NCBI GenBank assembly: GCA_044229145.1
Contig: JBGATO010000006.1
Coordinates: 1 to 64,000, forward strand
Origin: Candidatus Eiseniibacteriota bacterium
GTDB lineage: Bacteria > Eisenbacteria > RBG-16-71-46 > CAZEPH01
Reading direction: 5' to 3'
DNA length: 64,000 bases
The translations under genes were made by a program, and so were the position numbers. Below, in pieces: positions 46,354 through 54,001 of the stretch; position 1 is the stretch's first letter; every line of letters starts with the position of its first letter. The notes under the pieces are model-generated. The model saw only the letters and a list, made by a program, of their open reading frames with translations. It ran no database searches and was not told where the DNA came from.

Positions 46354-46974
46354 ATGCTCGACACCGCGCCCGACACCCGCACACGCTTGCTCGACGCCGC
46401 GATCCAGCTGGTCCGTGAAAAGGGCTATGCCGCAACCAGCGTGGACAACCTGTGCGCGGCGGCGGGCGTCACCAAAGGCGCGTTCTTCCACCACTTTGCA
46501 AGCAAGGAAGCACTCGCCGTCGCCGCCGTCGATCGTTGGCTGGAGCGGACCGGGAGCTTCTTCGCCGACGCCGACTACCGCCGCCTGACCGATCCGCTCG
46601 ACCGCGTGCTCGCCTACGTCCGTCTGCGCCGCGACATGGTGCGCGGCGATTTCCCCGAATTCACCTGTTTCGCCGGAACACTGGTGCAGGAGACGTTCGG
46701 CAGTCACGACGCGATCCGCGAGGCATGTGGCACCAGCATCACGTCGCACGCCGCCACGCTGGTCGCCGACATCGAGACGGCACGGCAGCTCTACGTCCCC
46801 GCGGCCACCTGGAGCGCCGCATCGCTCGCACTGCATACCCAAGCCGTGATCCAAGGCGCGTTCGTGGTGGCGAAGGCCACGCACGATCCGCAGCGCGCCG
46901 TGGAAAGCATCGAGCATCTCGAACGCTACATTCGCCTGTTGTTCGACCGCCCCCCGACACGAGAGGAGACCTGA
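46354..46974 (+). CDS. TetR/AcrR-family regulator (NemR-like)
   Basis: TRTRLLDAA...KGYAATSV..LC.AAGVTKGAFFHHFASKE; C-domain TCFAGTLVQE. Confidence 0.92.
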   Translation: MLDTAPDTRTRLLDAAIQLVREKGYAATSVDNLCAAAGVTKGAFFHHFASKEALAVAAVDRWLERTGSFFADADYRRLTDPLDRVLAYVRLRRDMVRGDFPEFTCFAGTLVQETFGSHDAIREACGTSITSHAATLVADIETARQLYVPAATWSAASLALHTQAVIQGAFVVAKATHDPQRAVESIEHLERYIRLLFDRPPTREET

Positions 46975-46975
46975 C

Positions 46976-47752
46976 GTGCCGCTCACCAGACCGTATTCGT
47001 TCTTGTGGTATGAACTGATGGCGCCGGACATCCCCGCCGCGCTCGATTTCTACGCGAAGATCTTCGGCTGGACCTACGCCGACGCCGGAATGCCGGATAT
47101 GGGCTACACGCTCATCCAGGTGCAAGGCGAAGCCATCGGCGGAGCCATGACGCTGACCGACGAGATGGCGGCCGGCGGTGCGCGCACCGGCTGGATGGGC
47201 TACATCGCCGTCGACGACATCGACGCCAAGACGAAGGAAATCGTCGCGGCGGGCGGTGCGATCTTCGTGCCGATCGTCGAGATCCCGGAGATGCTGCGCT
47301 TCGCCATCGTCGGCGACCCGGGCGGCGCCGCGTTCGCGCTGTTCCAGCCGCTCGGCGAAGGTGACATGACGCCGTTCCCGCCGGCCACTCCGGGCGCGGT
47401 GGACTGGCACGAATTGCACGCCGCCGACGGTGCCTCCGCGTGGGCGTTCTACTCCTCGCTGTTCGGCTGGGAGAAGGACGAGGCGATGGAAATGGCGCCC
47501 GGTGAGGTCTACCAACTCTGGAAGGCCGGCGGCGACCCGATCGGCGGCATGATGACCAAGATGCCGGAGACGCCGGCGCCGTTCTGGGCCTACTACGTGT
47601 GCGTCGACGGCATCGACGCGGCGATCGCCCGCGTCACGGCCAATGGTGGCACCATCATCCACGGCCCGATGGAAGTGCCGGGCGGCAGCTGGATCGCCAA
47701 CTGCATCGACCCGCAGGGCGGCTTCTTCGCGATGGTGTCGCAGACCAAGTAG
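46976..47752 (+). CDS. VOC/glyoxalase-family protein (two domains)
   Basis: FLWYELM...FYAKIFGW, DPGGAAF; WHEL...FYSSLFGW, DPQGGFF. Confidence 0.9.
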   Translation: MPLTRPYSFLWYELMAPDIPAALDFYAKIFGWTYADAGMPDMGYTLIQVQGEAIGGAMTLTDEMAAGGARTGWMGYIAVDDIDAKTKEIVAAGGAIFVPIVEIPEMLRFAIVGDPGGAAFALFQPLGEGDMTPFPPATPGAVDWHELHAADGASAWAFYSSLFGWEKDEAMEMAPGEVYQLWKAGGDPIGGMMTKMPETPAPFWAYYVCVDGIDAAIARVTANGGTIIHGPMEVPGGSWIANCIDPQGGFFAMVSQTK

Positions 47753-47782
47753 CGTCTCACCGCGAGCCTGATGGCGCCCCGG

Positions 47783-48892
47783 TCACCGCGCGGTGGCCGG
47801 GGCGTTCGCGTCGCGCCACGCACAGCCCACCGCCGCGCCGCGCACGTACATGTCGAAGAGAACCCGGCGCACCGCCGACGTACCGCACAGCGTGTCGCGA
47901 AAGCGCGTGAGGTCCACGGTGCGACGGAAACCGGCGAGCGAATCGCCGCGGGCCGCCGCGGTGCGCGCCTGCGCCGCAATCGACTCGCACATCGACGCCA
48001 GCGTCGCCGCATATGTCGTGTCGCGCATCACCGGGCCGTGGCCGGGCACCACGATGGCGGGATGCATCGCCAGCACACGCCGCAACGCCGGCCCCCACGT
48101 GTCGACGTGCGACTGCGGTTCGCCGATCAGCGGAACCGGCCACGCGACGAGATCGCCGGTGGCGACGATGCCATCGTCCGGTAATTCGACGACGAGGTCG
48201 CCCGCCGTGTGACCGGCGCCGACTGCGCGCACGATGATGCGACGCGAGCCGCGATACAGCGTCAGAGAATCGGCGATCGTGAGCGTCGGCAACACGGTCG
48301 GCGACTGCAGGGAATCGCGCAGAACGACGTCGACCAGCCCGAGGTCGCTTTCGTAGCTGGCGCGCGTGTCGGCAGTCAACGAATCGCCGGCGAGATCGCG
48401 GCCCTTCGCCATTTCCTCGCGAATATAGGCGGCGAACCCCGGTGCCTCGGCGACGAAGTTGCGGCGATTCGCCTCGCCCTGCGCGGCCATGTAGGGCCGC
48501 ATCGCCGCGGAGGCGATGAACTCGACGCCGGGATACGCCGCCGCGTACACACTGTTGCCGCGGATGTGATCGTCGTGCCAATGCGTGTTGACGACGTAGC
48601 GCACCGGCAACGGCGTGATCTTCCGGAGCGCCTTCACTACCTCGCGCGTGATCGTCGGCGCACCGTTGCTATCGACGACGATGACGTCGTGCTCGCCGAC
48701 GATGAACAGGTTGTTGGCGTCGACCATCATCCCTGGCACGTCGTCGCGCACGACGGCGTACACGCCGTTGGCGAGCCGTTCGACATGAAAGCGGGTGGCG
48801 GGGTCGGTGGCGGATGCGCCCACCGCGCCCGCGGCGCGAATGCCCAGCGACAACGAGACGAAGACCCAGCACACGAACAGGCGACACGACAT
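47783..48892 (-). CDS. Exported MBL-fold metallo-hydrolase
   Basis: Signal peptide; NTHWHDDHIRGN, GHTAGD, TGDL, VPGHG. Confidence 0.88.
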   Translation of the reverse strand: MSCRLFVCWVFVSLSLGIRAAGAVGASATDPATRFHVERLANGVYAVVRDDVPGMMVDANNLFIVGEHDVIVVDSNGAPTITREVVKALRKITPLPVRYVVNTHWHDDHIRGNSVYAAAYPGVEFIASAAMRPYMAAQGEANRRNFVAEAPGFAAYIREEMAKGRDLAGDSLTADTRASYESDLGLVDVVLRDSLQSPTVLPTLTIADSLTLYRGSRRIIVRAVGAGHTAGDLVVELPDDGIVATGDLVAWPVPLIGEPQSHVDTWGPALRRVLAMHPAIVVPGHGPVMRDTTYAATLASMCESIAAQARTAAARGDSLAGFRRTVDLTRFRDTLCGTSAVRRVLFDMYVRGAAVGCAWRDANAPATAR

Positions 48893-49252
48893 GGGAGAGA
48901 CCTTTCGATCCGGCGCCGGGCGGCGCGGACTTGCCTGCGGGGGGACGACGGACCACCAGTGTCGCATGCGGCCCTGCACCCGTCAGCGGCAAACCGCGCA
49001 CACCGGGCAAATCCGCACCTACCTCCGTCGGCGATCGTGCGATACACTCGCGCCTTCCCGCGGTCCGCGATCGGACGGCGGCGCGACCCAGACGGACGCC
49101 TCTCACACCTGGGTCGAATCCTCGATTGCCGGCATCCGTCACCACCCCGCCGGCCACTCCGCATGAACACGTCGCCCTGCTCTGTGCGTGCGCTTTCACG
49201 GCATCTCCGCGCCGTCACGCACATCGACCCTGTTTCCCGAGGAGATTGCCTG

Positions 49253-52200
49253 ATGCGCCGCGCTCACGCTGTCGCCATCGCAGTGCTGTTGTTCTGGCCG
49301 CTCGCCGCGAGCCGGGTGGCGGCAGCCACCGCGTTCGTCTCGGAAACCGTGGACAGCAACGGATCGACGGGCAACTGCGCCTCGCTCGCCGTCGACGCCG
49401 CGGAGAATCCCCACATCGCGTACACGGATTACAGTTCCGCGTTCTACGCCAGCAAGATCGGCGGCGCATGGGCGGTCGAGGTGGTGGATGCGGCCGGCTC
49501 CACAGGTCAGTTCACGGCGCTGGCACTCGACGCACAGGATCGGCCGCACATCGCCTACCAGGAAATCTCCGCCGCCGACGTGAAATACGCCACCAAAACA
49601 GGCTCCACCTGGGTCATCGAAACTGTCGATGCCACAGGATCGACCGGGCTGTACATCTCGCTCGCCGTCGATGCATCCGGCAATCCGCGCATCAGTTACC
49701 AGACGCAGTCTGGCAATGACCTCCGCTATGCCGCCAAGAACGGCGGCGCGTGGACGCTCGAAACCGTCGACGCGACCGGCACGACAGGGCTGTACACGTC
49801 ACTCGCGCTCGACGCCGCGGGCAATCCGCGCATCAGCTATCACGACTTCACCAACGGCGACCTCCGCTACGCCGCCAAGAACGGCGGTGTGTGGACGCTC
49901 GAAACCGTAGACGCGGCCGCGCGCACCGGCTTGCACACGTCGCTGGCGCTCGATGCGTCGGGCAACCCGCACATTAGTTACCAGGACTCGACCAGCGGCG
50001 ACTTGAAGTACGCGCGCAAGAGCGGCGGCGTGTGGACGATCGAAACCGTCGACGCCATCGGGGTGACCGGCCAGTACACCTCGATCGCCGTCGATGCCGA
50101 CGGCAATCCGCGCATCGCCTACTATGACGTGACCAACGCCGACCTGCGGTACGCACGCAAGGTGAGCGGCGTGTGGTTGCTCGAGACTGTCGATGCCACG
50201 GGCAGCACGGGTTCGTGGACTTCGCTCGACCTCGATCGCGCGGGCAGCCCGCGCATCGCCTATCGCGACGGCGGCAATGGCGACCTCCGCTTTGCCGACG
50301 CCGCATTTCGCGTTTCGTCGCCGGTCGGTGGCGAGCGCTGGGGTGTGGGCACGCAACAGCCGGTGACGTGGGTCGGGAGCGGCACCGTCGCAGTGCAACT
50401 GTCGCTCGACGGCGGCGCAAGTTACGCCACACTTCTCCCGGCGGTCTCGGCGAACACGGTCACACTCACGGTGCCGAACGCCTCGTCGGCAACCGCGCGC
50501 ATCCGCATTACCCGCACCTCGCCGTCCTCGACGGCGGACAGTCCCGGCTTCTTTGCGATCGCGCCGGACCTCGTCTCGCCGTGGTGGACGAAGCCGGTGA
50601 TCGCCGTCGGCACGACAGGACTTTCTCCCTCCCTCGCGCTCGACGCGCTCGACGGCGCCCGCCTCGCCTACGATGACGGCAGCGACCTGCGGTACGCGAC
50701 GAAGACCGGCGGGAGCGCGTGGACGACGGAACTCGTCGACGCCACCAATCACGCGGGCGGCTACGCATCGTTGGCGCTCGACAGCCAGGGCAATCCGCGC
50801 ATCAGCTATTACGACTTCACCGCCGGCGACTTGAAATACGCCAGCCGCACCGCCGGCGTGTGGGCCACCGAGACGGTGCACGCGACGAATACCGTGGGCC
50901 AATACTGTTCGCTGGCCCTCGATGCATCCGGCAACCCGCGCATCAGCTACTACGACGCGACAGGAGGCGACCTCCGCTACGCGAGCAAGTCAGGTGCGCT
51001 GTGGGCGCTCGAGGTCGTCGACGCCTCGGCGTTGTCGTCGACGGGTCTGTATACCTCGCTCGCTCTCGATGCATCCGGCAATCCGCGCATCAGCTACTAC
51101 GACGCGACCGGCGGCAATCTGCGCTACGCCGCCAAGGACAATGGCGCGTGGACGCTCGAAACCGTGGACGGCGCGGGAACCACGGGCCAATACACTTCGC
51201 TCGCACTCGACGCGTCCGGCGCTCCCCACATCGCCTACTACGATGCGACGGTCGGCGATCTGCGCTATGCCAGCAAGAGTGGCGGCACGTGGACGCTCGA
51301 ATCCGTCGACACGACGGGGACCACGGGGATGTCCGCATCGCTCGCGCTGGACGCGCAGGGCAATCCCCACATCGCCTACGCGTCATCGACGGCGCTGCGT
51401 GTGGCACACAAGGAGTCGGGGCAGTGGACACTCGAGACGGTCGAGGCGTTAGCGTCCGGCGCAACCAGCGCGGCGGTGTCCCTCTATCTCGATACGTACG
51501 GCAACGCGCGCCTCGTGTACGCCGACGACAATGACAGCGACTTGCGCTACGCCTCGACCGCCGTCGAATTTGCAATGCCGGTGGCCGCCGAGGTCTGGCC
51601 GGTTGGCGCGTCGCGCGGCATCGCCTGGGATGGCACCGGACGCGTGGACCTCTCGCTGTCCGTGGACGGCGGCAGTTCGTGGACGCCCGTTGCGAGCGGC
51701 GTGGCGGGAGGGCTTTACCGCGAATTGGTGCCGCACGCGCCCACCAAGTTCGCACAGTACCGCGTCGAGCGGGCGGTACCGCGATCGGTGGCGAGGTCCG
51801 GCGTGTTCACCATTCAGTCCTCGATTGCGCTCCTCGCCCTCGCCGCTGTGCCGGGCACCGACGGGAGCGCGACAGTCTCGTGGGCCAGCGACCCCGGACC
51901 GGCGGATCTCGCCGGGTACCAGCTCGAACGCCGCGACACGCCCACCGGAGAGTTCCGGACGCTCGTCGCACTCACGCAGGCGACGAGCTATCGCGATGTC
52001 GCCGCTCCCGCGGGCGCCCGCTACCGGCTGCACGCAGTGAACGGCCTCGGAGAAGTACACCTACTCGGCGACGCGACGCTGGCGCCGGCACGTCCGCTGG
52101 CGGCGTGGCCGCAACCGGCACGCGGCGGCGAGATCACGGTTGCATTCGCCGTGGAGCGTCGGGGTGAAACGCGCGTCGAGGTTCTCGACACCGCGGGACG

Positions 52201-52363
52201 TCTGGTGCGGATTCTCGTCCAGGCGCTGCTGGATCCGGGCAGCCACCGCACGACGTGGAATGGAACGGACACGCACGGGCATCGGGTGGCGGATGGCGTG
52301 TACGTCCTGCGGACGACGGGCGGAGGGGACGCGGCGAGGATCAAACTGGTGCTGGCGCGCTAG
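49253..52363 (+). CDS. Secreted protein: (7-repeat beta-propeller + Ig-like) x2, FN3-like, FlgD/T9SS-like tail
   Basis: GAGGAG RBS, signal peptide; 14 copies of ~47-aa W.LETVD..G.TG.YTSLALDA.GNPRISYYD...DLRYA; tail WPQP...DTAGRLVR...WNGTD...GVYVLR. Confidence 0.85.
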   Translation: MRRAHAVAIAVLLFWPLAASRVAAATAFVSETVDSNGSTGNCASLAVDAAENPHIAYTDYSSAFYASKIGGAWAVEVVDAAGSTGQFTALALDAQDRPHIAYQEISAADVKYATKTGSTWVIETVDATGSTGLYISLAVDASGNPRISYQTQSGNDLRYAAKNGGAWTLETVDATGTTGLYTSLALDAAGNPRISYHDFTNGDLRYAAKNGGVWTLETVDAAARTGLHTSLALDASGNPHISYQDSTSGDLKYARKSGGVWTIETVDAIGVTGQYTSIAVDADGNPRIAYYDVTNADLRYARKVSGVWLLETVDATGSTGSWTSLDLDRAGSPRIAYRDGGNGDLRFADAAFRVSSPVGGERWGVGTQQPVTWVGSGTVAVQLSLDGGASYATLLPAVSANTVTLTVPNASSATARIRITRTSPSSTADSPGFFAIAPDLVSPWWTKPVIAVGTTGLSPSLALDALDGARLAYDDGSDLRYATKTGGSAWTTELVDATNHAGGYASLALDSQGNPRISYYDFTAGDLKYASRTAGVWATETVHATNTVGQYCSLALDASGNPRISYYDATGGDLRYASKSGALWALEVVDASALSSTGLYTSLALDASGNPRISYYDATGGNLRYAAKDNGAWTLETVDGAGTTGQYTSLALDASGAPHIAYYDATVGDLRYASKSGGTWTLESVDTTGTTGMSASLALDAQGNPHIAYASSTALRVAHKESGQWTLETVEALASGATSAAVSLYLDTYGNARLVYADDNDSDLRYASTAVEFAMPVAAEVWPVGASRGIAWDGTGRVDLSLSVDGGSSWTPVASGVAGGLYRELVPHAPTKFAQYRVERAVPRSVARSGVFTIQSSIALLALAAVPGTDGSATVSWASDPGPADLAGYQLERRDTPTGEFRTLVALTQATSYRDVAAPAGARYRLHAVNGLGEVHLLGDATLAPARPLAAWPQPARGGEITVAFAVERRGETRVEVLDTAGRLVRILVQALLDPGSHRTTWNGTDTHGHRVADGVYVLRTTGGGDAARIKLVLAR

Positions 52364-52384
52364 GCGAAGCCGAAACTCGCGAGG

Positions 52385-52459
52385 TGGCTCCTGAGGTAGG
52401 ACTCGAACCTACAACCCTCCGGTTAACAGCCGGATGCTCTGCCATTGAGCTACTCAGGA
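52385..52459 (-). tRNA. tRNA-Asn (GTT)
   Basis: Reverse complement TCCTGAGTAGCTCAATGGCAGAGCATCCGGCTGTTAACCGGAGGGTTGTAGGTTCGAGTCCTACCTCAGGAGCCA: full cloverleaf, anticodon GTT, encoded CCA. Confidence 0.97.
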
Positions 52460-52546
52460 ACTGGCAACCATTTGTGGGACAAACTCTTAACTTCCGATCG
52501 CGCACCTAGCGGCACGCACACGAACGCGTCCCCGAATGGACGTGAG

Positions 52547-52575
52547 AATATATCGGCCGTGACGAAGGACGTCAA
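52547..52575 (-). promoter_or_regulatory. Sigma-70 promoter of tRNA-Asn
   Basis: Minus strand TTGACG-N17-TATATT. Confidence 0.75.
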
Positions 52576-52634
52576 CTGCGAATTCCGCCGAGTCGCGTCC
52601 GTCGCGTGCCGATCCACGCCTCGCCCGACGGCCG

Positions 52635-53498
52635 TCAGTTCATGCGTGCGTGGAGGCGGCGCAGTGCCGCCACCGCGTCCTCGACCTCCTCGACGTCGTC
52701 GTTCGGGTCGGCGAGATCCAGGTAGCGCTGGAAGTCGGCGAGCGCGCCGTGTGTGTCGTCGAGGCGCAACCGCACCAATCCGCGATCGCGCCATTCGTAC
52801 GCATTGTCGGGCTCGAGATCGATCAGGCACTGCGCGACGCCGAGCGCGCGCCGAAAATCTTCCTCGCGCACGTACGCCGACTTCAAATTGCGCAGCACGC
52901 GGGTGACGATGCCGAGACGGTTGGTGGTGCTCAACTGGCTGCGGTGGAAGCGGACCTCGGGACCGTGCAGCGAGCCGAGCAGCGCCTGGCAGTCGTCGTC
53001 GCTCATGATCGCACCGCCGGCGAACACGTCGATGATGAGACCGGGCACCACGCCGGTGTGCTTGACCAGGAAGTGGCCGGGGAATCCGACGCCTTCCATC
53101 GGAATGCCGGCGCGCCGCGCGACATCGACGTAGACGATCGCCAGCGTGATCGGCATGCCGCGGCGGCGGTCGAGCACGCGGTGCAACAGGCTGTTCTCGG
53201 GGTTGAAGTACTCCTCGCGATCGCCGGCGAAGCCGTGCACGCCGAACAGAACCTCGTTGAGCGCAGTGATGTCGACCAAAGCGCGCGTGCTTGCCGGCAT
53301 CTTGGTGCGGCGGCGCTGCCTGACTTCGGCCGCGAAGCCCTCCAGCTGCCCAAGGTAGCGATCGACGTCGAGCCCGGGTGCCTCGCCGCTGGCGATGGCG
53401 AGAGCGGTTTCGGCCAGGCCGCAGTCTTCCTCGCGGCGCATCAGGCAGGCGGCGATGCGCCGCGAGGCGCCCGCCCACGCGTCGTTCACGAGCGCCAT
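52635..53498 (-). CDS. SirB1/transglutaminase-like protein with C-terminal TPR
   Basis: GFAGDREEYFNPENS...VLDRRRGMPITL, GVGFPGHFLV, RVLRNLK, RDRGL. Confidence 0.88.
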   Translation of the reverse strand: MALVNDAWAGASRRIAACLMRREEDCGLAETALAIASGEAPGLDVDRYLGQLEGFAAEVRQRRRTKMPASTRALVDITALNEVLFGVHGFAGDREEYFNPENSLLHRVLDRRRGMPITLAIVYVDVARRAGIPMEGVGFPGHFLVKHTGVVPGLIIDVFAGGAIMSDDDCQALLGSLHGPEVRFHRSQLSTTNRLGIVTRVLRNLKSAYVREEDFRRALGVAQCLIDLEPDNAYEWRDRGLVRLRLDDTHGALADFQRYLDLADPNDDVEEVEDAVAALRRLHARMN

Positions 53499-53986
53499 CG
53501 CGTCCCCACACCGAGCGGATACAGCGCACGCATCGGCGTGTTGCGCTTGAGTGCCGCGTCGGCGCCCCACGTGCAGCCGGCGTAGAACATCGCGCACACC
53601 AACGACACGCTCGCCGCCAGCAAGTTGCCCCAGGCGGACGACGCGCTGAAGTGCCCCGTGGCCCAGTAGTAATTGAGGAACATGAGCGACGCGAGGGGCC
53701 CGGCGAGCCCGACTCCGAGCCCCAGCACGAAACACGCGCCGAGCACCAGTTCCCCGAGCATGACGAGCGCCGCGAACAAACCCGCGTGCGGCACCGCGAC
53801 GTTGAGCAGGAAATCGCGGTACCACCCGTGCGGGTTGTCGAGCGCGAACGATGTCAGAATTCCGGGGAGCTCGACGGCGAAGTGCGCGGTCAGCTTGTCG
53901 AGACCGTAGTGCAGCAAGAGCACGCCGACGAGCACGCGCACCACCGCGAGGCCGCGTCCTCCGGTTTCGGCGTGACTATCGCGCAT
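53486..53986 (-). CDS. DoxX/DoxD-family membrane protein
   Basis: VRVLVG...GLDK, WYRDFL, GELVLGACFVLG, WGADA. Confidence 0.8.
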   Translation of the reverse strand: MRDSHAETGGRGLAVVRVLVGVLLLHYGLDKLTAHFAVELPGILTSFALDNPHGWYRDFLLNVAVPHAGLFAALVMLGELVLGACFVLGLGVGLAGPLASLMFLNYYWATGHFSASSAWGNLLAASVSLVCAMFYAGCTWGADAALKRNTPMRALYPLGVGTRWRS

Positions 53987-54001
53987 CGATCACTCCTCGT
54001 A

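Noticed and set aside
48893..49252. 360-bp intergenic region with the inverted repeat CGACCCAG...CTGGGTCG
   Set aside because: A single 8-bp stem in GC-rich DNA between divergent genes is not enough to call an ncRNA or operator.
49300..51560. Regular DNA repeats that could be mistaken for a CRISPR or non-coding array (also 38800-40850)
   Set aside because: They are degenerate, in-frame protein repeats with no unique spacers, and no cas genes are present.
46300..52459. Possible genomic island integrated at the tRNA-Asn 3' end (TetR, VOC, MBL, propeller gene)
   Set aside because: No integrase, and I saw no duplicated tRNA 3' end; any compositional shift is too slight to judge by eye.
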